Origin: Catajapyx aquilonaris
Taxonomy: Eukaryota
Direction: 5' to 3'
Assembly (NCBI GenBank): GCA_000934665.2
Contig: JYFJ02004379.1
Location: 1 to 32,797, forward strand
Length of the DNA stretch: 32,797 bases
The notes beneath the pieces are model-generated. The model was not told where the DNA came from. It worked only from the letters and a program-made list of their open reading frames with translations, and made no database searches. Shown here piece after piece: positions 21,676 through 32,797 of this stretch (within the stretch, counting starts at the first letter, position 1; the number at the start of each line of letters is the position of its first letter). A program made the position numbers and the translations under genes.

Positions 21676-22555
21676 CTTTTGGTGCTTGTCCGGTCGGGAA
21701 CAGGTACGACGTACGAATCGTACGATCATCGCGGCTTGGAAAATTATACCGAATGTAGGCTTTGAAATAGTTTGAAATAGCATGGGGGGGGGGTGGGGGT
21801 CGGGTGCGCAAGGAGGGGGCATTTTCTGGCGGATTCCGGGTCCCTTGTTCATCTGTAGCATTTATTTGCATATCGTCTTTCGCACTTTTGCAATTAATTG
21901 ACGAACATTCTTTTTCGATGACCCTGTATTTCAATATAAAATTATGAAAATGACAAAATAACAGTTGGTTCAGCCTTGATAAAAGCACAATCATACTTTC
22001 GTAATAATAAAGTCAAGAAACTATTAAAGTAAGTATACATGGTAGTCGGTAAATAGCTCACAAGCTTCAGGTAGCGAGATTCACTGTGAAAAGCCAGCAT
22101 ATGGAAGTGAAGTAGGTCCTATTGCTCTACGAGACCTCGTTAGGGCTCACGAGGTCTCCAAAGTTTGGGCCAAATCATGACCTCACATCCGCCCGCGAAA
22201 TTCAAACACTACCGTATCGCTACCGTACGCGGTGCGTTGCAAGGCGTTGCCATGTTGACATCCCCCCCCCCCCCCCCCCCNTCACCACACAATGGAACCG
22301 TATAAACTCGCAGGGACGACGGTATGGCAACGCCTGGCAACGTACAGGGACGCTGCCAGTGTGCAGCATTTAGGGCATATCATCAATCTGACCGCCTGTT
22401 TTGGTCCATATAGTGTGTTGAACCTGCTGGAACCTGCTGGAAAAACATGCATCAATTAATTGCAAAAGTGCGAAAGACGATATGCAAATAAATGCTACAG
22501 ATGAACAAGGGACCATAAACAGTGACGACAATCTTTTTGAACGTGATAGTACATA

Positions 22556-22851
22556 CGCCCTTCTGATCTCTCACCATCGACTTGCTCGGCCTCGGAGAGC
22601 TGAAACCGATTGAGGGTGCCCCGCCAGACCTGATTTCTTCTTGTGGGGTTTACCCAAGGACCGCACATCATATACACTTATACATGATTAAGCCCATAAC
22701 AATTGAAGCCCTCTAGCCCCGATACGGCCGAAGTTTACTGCCATTGTGATGTCGCATTAGCACATAATTATATACGCCAATATGCAGACTCGCATTCAAA
22801 ATATTTTGGTTGCCGGAGCCCGGAGGGGACCATTTTCAGCGTATTCTCTAG
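22556..22851 (+). pseudogene. Tc1/mariner-superfamily transposase C-terminal relic
   Basis: Disrupted frames read RPSDLSP...DFFLWG(22632-22649)..KDR...KPITIEAL...YANMQTRIQ...GDHFQRIL-TAG. This matches the recalled SPDLxPxDFFLWG...GxHFxHLL end of DDxD-type transposases. Confidence 0.8.
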
Positions 22852-23577
22852 GCAGACCTTGTTTGGCATCATACAAGGTAAGTATACGTGACAATCTTCA
22901 TTGAGAACCATAATAATTAAAAAGTTATTGAGGAATGTTTGGGTTCGGTTTCGGGAGAATCACCCTATATAAGAATGTACACTTTATCCAATCCGCCGTG
23001 CTGATTGAAACAATAAGTTACTCAAAACAGCTACCCTGCCGTTAAAAGAATTAATCCTACAGTATATAGGGGTCTATGCTCCGAAAAACTAATGGTTATA
23101 ACAAGTAATACGGTTGTAACTAATTTTAAATGCCATAAAACACCCCAAACACCTTGGAAGTGATATCTTTAAGAGTTTAAGGTACCGTACGCTTATAAGT
23201 AAAGTGATTATGACCTTGACACATAGTGAAAACTTAAACCTGAATGGTCCGATACCTTGATTTCTCCAGAGACGTTATGGTCAATCCAATATTCAATGTA
23301 ACTACCCTAGACACATTTACTGAGTAGGAATTATTAACCAAATATTATTCTATTTTTCCATTAGCGGAGGACTGTCCTACTTCGCTGTGTACCAAGGAAA
23401 CGAACAAGAAGTTGAACAGCCAAAAGTAGCCCATAATATCCCCGGTAAATTAATTAATTGAGGAAACGTGAAGTGTTCGGTGCATATCAAATATCCTGTT
23501 AGCTATCAAATTTGGTGAAATGTAAAGTTGTAATGACGGAATATTTTTAAATCTCATTTAATGCGATGAGCTATTTG

Positions 23578-23686
23578 CACTATACTAGACTATACTATAC
23601 TACTAGACTATACTACTGCTACTATACTACTATAGACTATACTACTACTAGATTACTAGACTACTAGACTATACTATACTAGACTA
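23578..23686. repeat. Compound (ACTAT)/(ACTAG)/(ACT) microsatellite
   Basis: Directly visible. Confidence 0.9.
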
Positions 23687-25633
23687 CAACGCTCTCATGC
23701 TAACTACAATCTTGTTGTGTCTAGGTTCGTATTCTAAATCGTGATGCAAGTCTCGGTATTAGAGAGTTGATCTGAAGTCGGTCAGAGGGGTCTATTTTTA
23801 TAACAATTTTTTTGTTGGACGACTTACATAAGAGGCTAAATAGATACAGCCTACTTAATACAGACAAAGCACATCTCGCAGGACTAACTTGACGGCGCGG
23901 CGCCTTCTTCAACAGTCACGATATTATTGTGTTACGAATATATTACATCATGCGACAGTAGTTACAATTATAAATCAAACAGCACCGAAAGTTTAAATGA
24001 AAATAAAAAGAAAAAAGAAAACTCCACGGGTGTGATTTATACCCCCAATAGGCCAGTTCCTAAATATAACCTATATAGTAAATACCCAGCATGGAATAGG
24101 TACTTGGGAGATGTGTGACAGGTAGTGAATGACTGACACGATGTTGAGTAGATTCGAGTCACGACTAACGGACGGTCCAGGAGGGAAACTGGACACCGTA
24201 AGATCATCCCTGTGCGAAGACTCAATGGGCTTCTTGTGGAACAGCAACGTTGCCAGTTGTCCTCATTTGCTGACAGAAATACTTTTACCTCGCCCCCACA
24301 CATTAAAACGAGAGACACCAAAAGTAAAAGTTTAGCTGCAACACACTATCCGTTATATTTCTCACTGGACAGGTTCGATAATACAGGCGACTCCATTATC
24401 CCACACAACCCTACCCCATCCCCCTCTATGCATCAACTTCTTTCAGGATGCAACCGTCAGTCGCATTGGCCCACGAGTATGTGTCCAGTTCTATATAAGA
24501 AATGAGTCCAGTAGGAATATTATTAAATGTAAGATGCTTTGTGTGAAAGGAGAAAGTTAAGAGGTTTGATATCATTCCATTTTGCATGTTAGATATGGCG
24601 AAGTAAATTGTCCGGAAAGTGGAGGGGTGATGAGGAAAGAGGACACATTATTTTCACATTTGGTTGAAGGATAAGTTGTATAAGTTTGTTCGAGACTATA
24701 CACACCTAAAGAGCATATCCGCTATCAGTAGTTATATCAAAAACTGGTCATTGTTGCAAGGCAATATGCTGGTGTGAGCAATATCTTTACTGTTTCGCGC
24801 TACCAGTTCGCATTCGGTTGTGTTCTATTTCCTAACGGTATCATTCTGGTGAATCTAAGGAATAGCCATAGCTTTTGTGTTGCTTACCCATTCACCCTCA
24901 TAACTTGCCCTACTCACATCTCCCACCCCCCACCTCCCTCTCTGAACCGAATGGCCCTGTCCAAAAATGTGCTGGAATATCACGATTTGCTGCGAATTGC
25001 TACACTGATTGTTTTCTTTTCTTCTTTTCATGCGGATGGCTTAAGAGCAAGAAATTGGCGAATCACGAAACTGGGAATGACCTCCTTTTCCCTTTGCGGC
25101 CATCTGGGGCTAATACAAGTCACAAACACTTTTTGCGGTCTCGAGAGACTTATCATTAAAAACAGGCTAATAAGTATTATCTTCTTAAATGCAGGTCACG
25201 ACGCGCGACATAGGTGAAGATGCTTAAAAGCTCTTGAGGCGTAAAAAAACACACAGGTAGAAGAGATCAGCCCTTTCATTCATAAAAATGGTAATATGCT
25301 TGCATCATTGTATAAATTGCAGCCGTTTTGCTAAAAATATGTCAGGGGAAGGAGTATTGGGAACACCATTATGTTAATAAGTAGTAAGTTCATTACCAAT
25401 AATAGATACCGAAACTACATTTCCGGTTTCCTGGGTATACGCAAATTATAGCAAACATTTCTTTCTCATAGAGTCCAAAACAGCTAATAATTAATATTAT
25501 GATCTCTCGAGTGCAAGAAAAAGATTGGATAATAAGGCATCAAAATCTGTACAAGAAGCTTCATATATGAAAAACATTACATACTTTAAACATGTCAGTA
25601 ATAATTAATAATTATAATAATTCTTAATTCATA

Positions 25634-25913
25634 CCCCATTATCAGCCTGGCTGCTCTGTAGGGGGAGTTCATCCCAATTTTGTTTTGACTTGAACTCTTG
25701 GCTTTTTCATATTTACTTCGCTTTTTAGGATAGGATAGGGTCGGAAGGAAGCGGCTGTGGCCTATTATTTAGGAAGCAATCCCGGAATTCTCCTGGGAGG
25801 ACCGTGGGAAACCACAGAAAACCCCGGTTAGGATTGCCGGCCCCGGGACTCGAACCCAGGACCTCCCGATTAGCAGTCGAACACCACTCTCCACTCCACC
25901 AAACTGCTTCGGT
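25634..25913 (-). mobile_element. tRNA-derived SINE (short variant, same family as 12311-12704)
   Basis: 25743-25913 aligns with 12533-12704 (A box TGGTGGAGTGG, B box GGTTCGAGTCCC). Related 3' terminus (plus strand ATACCCC...CTCT.TAGGGGGAG) and TAA/TTA-rich tail. Confidence 0.85.
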
Positions 25914-28900
25914 TAAACATGTCTGTTCAGTATGCATTAGGAATCCCCGTGTTTTTATTGTATGTATGCATTTGTGCGTTAAATAAGTTGTAACTATAAG
26001 CCATGTGAAGTGGTTCTGTCTAGCATGCTATACTGTATTACGTAAGGTTGCCTGCTACAGTATTAATAAAGATGTTAATATACAGAATATGTTAATTATG
26101 GAATCTGTTCCATACATGCAAGCTGATTCAGTGAACCCATGCAAACGGCGTTACGATACTCTGTAAGTTCAATAAGCCGTGTGAATACCTATACATCTCA
26201 CATGCCGTGCTCTGGCTGGCACTCGATAGTGTGATAGTAACAGTCACATACCCAAGAATTCCAATTGTTAAATAATAATTATGCATCAGTAGCCTATACG
26301 TAACTTGGCCTACATCACTAAAAATAATAACATTGCACCACTTAGAAATTTACACCGTACTTAGCTTATGACATTGAAATACTAATGGCCTCCTGGAGTC
26401 GGTCGAAATGCTCATTTGCGGTTTGAAAATAATTAGTTGCATTTTTGGGTGACAAAAACCCTTGGGCGGTTCCGTAGACGTTATCATCCTTTCGACGGCT
26501 TAGGCCTTAGGATGTTCTATAGAACCTGAGTGGTGGATGGCAGAAGGGAAGTCAACGGAGGTCGCCGGTCTATATAATCTACATTGTTCGAGTGAGGGAG
26601 AAGAATGGTTGGTGGCGCCCAGTGACGCAAGAAGAGTAGCGGTGTGAAGCGGGCACTTCTGGAGCAGGGAAAAAGACGGCTATACAACAGAGACAATGAC
26701 GAAGGACTCGGGACAAGAACAGTGTATGTATTGGGAGTGTGAGCATCGGTGCATGGCATGGCCAAGATAGTGGCCGGGATGCCAACTTGAAAAAAAAATG
26801 AACAATGTGGCCTACCTCTAGGTTGGCTCTATTGTCGTGATGCTACAGGAAGAAGTCACTAGGGCACCACTATCGATATAATTTTGGTGACGAAGGAAGC
26901 ATTAAGGATAACGTGAATGACAAAATCGGAACAATGTATGGTGGGGTGTACTCAAGTATGCCCGAAGGAAAGAGGCGTTGTGAGGGCAAAGCAGTGTTTG
27001 GAGCAGCTGGAATTGCTGCAGGTCATGGTGGCCAACTCTCGAACCGATTAATGGTTAGGTATAAGAGCCCGCGTGATTAGTGACCCGCTGTTTATATCGA
27101 GTGGAATAAGATTAGGATCTTTAGCATATCAGGTTTACCCCCATTATTAAGTTTTCAAGGATAATCCAAGGACAAAGGTATGTTGCTACCACTTAGCTTG
27201 AACTCGGGTTATGTCCTATTTCGACTTTCCAAATACGTATATTCATATCCAGTGATATCATTGCAATGAACATTACTTCATCCCGAACGAAGAGCCGTGA
27301 GGTGGTCAACATGTCCCGTTGCATCATCGCCATTGTCGCAAGATATATAGGCGTTATCACCCAGGCAGATGACATTCTACATGTCGCTGGCCTGAAACCA
27401 CTCAAAAATAAAGCTGGTAAACTTACTCCTCCCGGAAGTTGGCCAGATGGTCACGGCCATGGGTGGCGGTCAAACTGCCGCAAATCAAAGCCATCAGGAT
27501 GTCTATCTATCGAAAACGCTTCCACAAGTTCCAAACTTGAGCAACCATACACCCTAACCATCTTTGTTTTCACCACCATCCAAGGGCACATTTGTCAGTT
27601 TATAAGTGAGCAATCATTACGATCCGGCGGCACCTTCTGAACTGTGTCAGCCATCCAGGTATCCAAGCAGCCGCGGCCTCCTTTGCTAGGCTCGATCTAG
27701 ACTCTCTTTTTCTCCTGGATGACTAGGGCCTTCCTGACATGTGTACATCTGACACGGCGGGAAGCCCATCTCCCCTGGCTCCCTCCGGCCCTCTCCGGCC
27801 CTCCCTCCCGCCCACACGGGCTTGGCCTACATAGCAGAGGCCGGCTGGCTCCTTTTCGTCCAGACCTATCATGCCACGCACGTAGAATCGCTACTGCCCT
27901 CCAGATTCATGGCTAAATGTGACCTGTTTCACGCTTCTTGTTGGCTGCCTCAGCTTCTTTCCCATCTGAAGCTGGTCCATGGGGTGTTATGTTGGGTTAG
28001 GCTGATGGTGACCTCTTCGTTTGAATTGTGCGCGGCTTCTTTGCAAGGGGAGGATCCCACGATGATGTGGATGGTACCAATGGGGGTGGTTGAGTATTCC
28101 AGGCACGTTCGGTGCTTCTCGCATTTTTCATTTGTCTTCTGTCTGTGATTATTGCAGTTTAACCCTGTACTACATAGCAGTGCCTAAGGGCAGTTTTTTG
28201 TACCACGCTACTAATGATCGAAATGATCAGACAACAGGCAGAAAAATGGTTAGCGACAGTGTATGAACTAGCTAGGAATATTTATTTCCACGTGTATTAT
28301 TTCAAAAACAATATTTCAATTCGTACAGTGCAATGCAAAGTAATGATTATCCAGCTGGAATATGTCATTAACTCTCAGCAGCAGTATGTCAAAGTCAAAC
28401 TACAGGAAATCCACAAGTACAAGGCGGTAGGCCTGAGACAAAGCCGTGTCCGAATTACAGGGTCATGATGAGGTCTCAAAAGACGTTTAATTTCCAGTGT
28501 CTCGGAACAAGTAGTTCAAGCGCCAATAACTTTTTATAGGAGCGTGCAAACAGTGTCAGTCAGTAACACAGTCTCTAATTTTTCACACAAGGGATAACCC
28601 TTGCACATAAGTTGGCACTTGAACCGCTTGTGAAGGATCCCTTTTATCATTCCATGAAATCTCAATTTTACAACGTGACCTGCATCGAAAAGACCACTAA
28701 CGTGAGTGACGAGCTTCTAACACATTGTATTGAACACAACAACTCAAATACCGTGATGTCATGGTGCCAGCAAAAGACTTCGGTTTTGACCTGCTTTACA
28801 AAAAGGTTTCAAGTGCAAGTCCCTTGTGGTTTTCCTTCAAAGTGGTAACACATTTTGGAAATTAACTCTCAGAGTCAGTCAAAAGCAGGTCAAAAATTCA

Positions 28901-29111
28901 TTTAGAGGAAAATACCGTTGCATAAAAATGTCAGGTAGCATTATTTAGTATACATAATACATCTGCTCATAGACACAGAGCATCAGTTCATACTTTACTG
29001 GCAATATTGTTATGTTAATGCACGGTATCTGGTTGAAACCCGCAAATCACTACCTGCTATCGTTAAATAATAAAATTAACTTCAACAGCTGTACGGAAGG
29101 TAAGATTGTAT

Positions 29112-29181
29112 GAGTTATCACCACCTTGCATAATGGCTAACACTGGGTCTAACATGCGCGCGTGCAAGGCGGTGATAACTC
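29112..29181. repeat. 70-bp inverted repeat (possible MITE remnant)
   Basis: GAGTTATCACCACCTTGCA / TGCAAGGCGGTGATAACTC, 18 of 19 complementary. No TSD seen. Confidence 0.65.
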
Positions 29182-29930
29182 TCTTATAATGAGCATGTAA
29201 AGCGATTTCTCAACCAATAATTGCAAGTTCTTTATTTATGAATTCAATGCTTACTGGAGAAATCTCGCAATCAAACGTTTCGTGGTTATATCCTTGGAAA
29301 TTATAAATCATTTTTAGATTGAGGTGAGAGAAGGTGTTTGACAAAAAAAAAAAATACTTACAGACTTATCTGATTGTGTATTAGTCACATGGCAGATCAC
29401 TCTGAAAGCGGCCATTATTTGCAATTTTTAGTAATAAGCTATTCCCAGGGGCGGGCGCGGCGTAGGGGAGAATTAAATGGGCTTATCAGGTAATGTAAGT
29501 TAGTCGCATGGTTGTAATAGTCACGTAACTGCTATAGTGCAACATGAGCTGTCAATGTTACTTTCCAATGACAATAGCCTAGAATAGTTGTCCTAGTGAT
29601 CCGAATTTCCTCACTATATAACAGTGGAAAACGTCGGTTATAATGCAAGAAATTAACCCGAATATATTTTCGGTCAAATCAACAAGCACAGCGCGTATCA
29701 ATGTACTGACATCCAATATTGATATGTCCGTTATTTGTTAGGTGCTCCCGAAACATGTGTTAGTTCCTATTGTTCTAATACAGTACTGTAGAATAACTTG
29801 GGTTTGACCCAGTATCTCATGCATAGTTGGGCAACAAAAATTCTTGTCTATCTGGATATAATTATAGGTCATCCTCGTAATTGTTACCTGAGATTGTCAT
29901 AATTATTATGTCATTTTCAGGATTTTGTCA

Positions 29931-30050
29931 GTGTGGCACACCGGCAATGGCTTATGAAGTGCAGAGCTCCCGCCAGGAATCGAACCCAGGACGACCCAGT
30001 CTCACCTCTATGGTCAAACTGGCGCTCTACCACTGAGCTACGAGAGCGAT
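29931..30050 (-). mobile_element. Short tRNA-derived SINE / retroposed tRNA-like element
   Basis: Cloverleaf at 30047-29966 (GCTCTCG/CGGGAGC acceptor stem, A box TAGCTCAGTGG, B box GGTTCGATTCC) plus a 35-nt tail. Flanked by an 11-bp direct repeat GGATT(T/G)TGTCA (29920-29930, 30051-30061). Confidence 0.8.
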
Positions 30051-31392
30051 GGATTGTGTCAAATTAGGTGGCCATGAGTTCTAGGCATCAATAAATTACT
30101 ACTGAGAATATGAAGAACTTCGCGATTTTCAAAGAGTACAGCCTGCACAATTTCCGTCTAAACTCGATATCTATATATAGATAAGCTAAACCTTACCTCG
30201 TAATTATGAAGAAGATGAATATTACCTTCAGGGAACCTTCAGGACACAATGACCGTTTACAAATTCTTGCGGCAGTTGTCACAAACAAATTGATTTTCTA
30301 CATTCTTCTCTCACGCAAATTTTCGTACAATCTGCAATAATTGTGTCAACAGCCACAGTAATCAGCGTTATTCCCTGCCACATATTATTCTGAATCACTA
30401 TCGTTGGAAAGAACGATTTTCGCGGTTGTATTTAAATTAACACTGTATAAACAAGCATTTTATCCCAGTTGAAGATACTGTAGCTTCTGTATGTAAGGTA
30501 TGCGGTATCCCATGATATGAACCGTGCACGTCTTTATAACACTCCTATATAATAATTCATGGGTGTACTGATCCTTACAAGTAATCATATATATCTAAAA
30601 CCGAATGGCAATGTACTGTGAATGACACATAACGTGTCTTGCATAATACTATACGTTACTCCACCTGCCCCAGAAGTCAGCCCATAGATCCGTACCGGTA
30701 TAGGTGGAAATCCCATGTACAATACACGCCACAATACTGTAGGCCCTATTTAGTGTTCCAAATTCCCAAAGTAGAGTTTCTGAATGAAAACTTATTTGTA
30801 TACAACGCGAACGAACATGCGATCGAAGGATACCGGTAGCAATAAAGTCAAGACAAGTGAAAGACAGCATTGCCTTTTAACAACTTGGGTTAATTTTTAA
30901 TCCCAATTGTTCATTTCGCCATTGTTAGAGTGTGTTTTCTCTCTTGATGAAGTGAATATTGCGCTGTTATTTAAAAAGCTAATATTTTCTACAACCGTCA
31001 GCCGATGCTTGTAACATTGAGTCTCCAGTTCCGAGACGCCATGCATGGACCAGGGAAGAAAAAGGACAGCCCCAAAAGTACCGGGATTAATTTCTAATGG
31101 GAATTTCCCGTAAGGATTCCTTCTCGAAATGGATCCATTTCCCAGAACAATTTCCCTTCTCTGCTTTGCATGGACCTTTGCAATGCAAATGAGGTGATAT
31201 GAAAGTAGCCTCGCATTTAATTACGATTGCGGGTATAACGCCCGTGAGAGCTACGGTCATGTGTGAGACTCATTTCCTTGATACTCTATTATGCGCACAA
31301 ATTGACGTGTTCCGCACCAATTGCCAAGCATGTTAGCATGACAAACATCCCTTCGTGCCAGCAAGTCTCCATTCAAAGCAATGATGCTGATG

Positions 31393-31393
<1 letters not shown>

Positions 31394-31463
<70 letters not shown>

Positions 31464-31494
31464 ACCCAATAATAATAATAATAATAATAATAAC

Positions 31495-31558
<64 letters not shown>
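31394..31558. repeat. Inverted microsatellite (TTA)n-AACCC-(AAT)n
   Basis: (TTA)n at 31394-31462 and (AAT)n at 31468-31558. Confidence 0.97.
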
Positions 31559-32416
31559 GGTCCAGTGGGAGGAGATTGACAAGATGAAGCTGGTAGTCTA
31601 GAGCAGCGACAGTCATGCATGGTTGTTTTTGGTGTTAATGAGCCAGCCAAGCAGCCAACCAGGCAGTAAGAAAGCAAGCTGTGGACGGACGGTGACATGA
31701 ATGTATGTATCTTACTGTAGGTTGAAAGTAACACGCTCCAAGCGGAAATACAATCACTCGGTCACGTTCTTTGGTTTACAATAAAAATACCCCCATCTTC
31801 ATTCGTAAGAACTATTATTATGGCTCCCCTTTATTTAGTGCATTAGTGGAACCGCGTTATGGTCGAGGTCAAGTCCTCCATAAAATGGTCAGCTGAGCAG
31901 GTGAATGTTACTTAACGGTTCGGTGTCAAAATGATATTTTCACCGACTCACCGTGAGAAATTGGCAACGATTTCTTCTTGCGGTATTCAACAGTCGGGTG
32001 TTTTATGATTTTTTGGACTATATCTACTGTTTTTTGTGTTTTTTTTTGGGGGGGGGGGGGGCATAACTGGTACTGTACCCTATTTCACAATAATTTGTCC
32101 CCATAATTTCCGTTTTATATATGCAGGTATAGGTCAACAGTACATTTTTAAGAATCCCCTGCCATACACTAGGAAGAAAATAATAAAGGGCCTATACTGT
32201 ACGTTTCAGGCAGCAACACCGTAATTTCTTACCTAACCTGTTTCATAAATATTCATTACCCTTCCTTAATAACCTACCCACGAAATCAGTGGGTCACTGG
32301 TACTAACTTGACCTAGACATATGCCTTCAATCGTATAAGTTAGATAGATGTGTATTACTTTCGATTGACAGCATGTACCGGTACACTTTGAATACATCAA
32401 ATTTATAACAACTTAC

Positions 32417-32669
32417 CTGCTGGGAAACCGTACGCTGTCATTCGGAACGTCGTCCCGGAAAAGTACGGTGACTAGAAGCAACTCCGGTGTACACCTAGGA
32501 GTGAAGGGCACCATCGAGTCTGAGGATCCATGTGCACTGATCAGGTAGAGCGCGAGAGATGATCCTCCTTCCACACTCTCAGCGCATGTGCTTCTGCTTG
32601 CTTCGGCACCCGCACCTGTCCTACAGACCGCCGACCGCGTGACCGACCGACCGACCGACCAACAACTGC
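32417..32669 (-). other. Candidate 5' untranslated first exon of Sb
   Basis: Consensus donor CAG|GTAAGT at 32417/32416 ends a GC/CpG-rich block, with an Inr-like GCAGTT at 32669-32664. The acceptor before the Sb ATG exon implies an upstream exon. The link to Sb is inference. Confidence 0.4.
32633..32660. repeat. (GACC)n microsatellite
   Basis: Directly visible. Confidence 0.8.
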
Positions 32670-32797
32670 CGATAGAGTCCGCCCTAAGCGTTTCACCACC
32701 TAAGGTGACTAGATAGAAAAGGTGGCGTCAACTTCGCTTTTGACGCCATCTTGGGTCGAAATCGGCTGCCCGCCACTATGGACCCTTTATGCACAAC

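Larger units (their letters stand above)
21036..22549. mobile_element. Tc1-like non-autonomous element nested in 20767-22967
   Basis: TA|CTATCACGTTCAAAAAGATTGTCGTCACTGTTTATG TIR (left copy split by a 45-bp insert) with an exact inverted copy at 22514-22549|TA. Additional perfect 63-bp inverted repeat at 21839-21901 / 22452-22514. Confidence 0.85.
20767..22967. mobile_element. 2.2-kb CAGGGTG-type Tc1/mariner composite with long inverted arms
   Basis: TA|CAGGGTGATTCTCC.GAAACCGAACCCAAACATTCCTCAATAACTTTTTAATTATT... with ~190 bp inverted match (20767-20957 / 22771-22967|TA), plus a further 20-bp match at 20996-21015 / 22561-22580. Confidence 0.9.

Noticed and set aside
22246..22259. RFX X-box-like GTTGCCATGTTGAC
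   Set aside because: The second half-site is poor, and it lies inside a transposon 20 kb from Rfx.
26613..26620. tRNA-Lys primer-binding-site-like TGGCGCCC
   Set aside because: Only 8 nt match, it is not preceded by an LTR CA end, and no paired LTR or gag/pol is seen.
28612..28848. PFYHSM motif resembling LINE ORF2 C-termini
   Set aside because: Match is too short, with no supporting RT sequence or tail.
29966..30047. Functional tRNA gene
   Set aside because: The 17-nt anticodon loop gives no convincing anticodon with a purine at 37, there is no adjacent Pol III terminator, and a TSD is present. Called as SINE-like instead.
31257..31734. Poly-L/I/N/Y ORFs
   Set aside because: Translations of (TTA)n/(AAT)n.

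Overview
Eukaryotic, arthropod-type (probably insect) genomic DNA with two convergent, intron-containing genes. On the + strand are the last four coding exons of an RFX transcription factor (join 1..228, 595..797, 896..1049, 1427..1585). Its normally near-invariant dimerisation-region motifs are unusually diverged. On the - strand is a complete Stubble-type clip-domain trypsin-like serine protease (CDS join 9385..9283, 9210..8521, 8240..8048, 7973..7676, 6508..6383, 5846..5688; 522 aa). The remaining ~23 kb is probably the long first intron or upstream region of Sb, with a candidate non-coding first exon at ~32417-32669. Non-coding DNA is rich in transposon relics: several Tc1/mariner MITEs (one nested in another), a Harbinger-like mini-element, a short Helitron with a duplicated 5' junction, a deleted mariner, three tRNA-derived SINEs and several microsatellites. 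The most complex is a 2.2-kb nested foldback whose two arms both carry the 3' end of a transposase. There are no CRISPR, rRNA or prokaryotic features, and I do not see a clearly new biological system. The best leads are the divergent RFX, a possible membrane-anchored protease-less Sb isoform, and the nested foldback. Protein comparisons are from recalled family consensus, not database searches.
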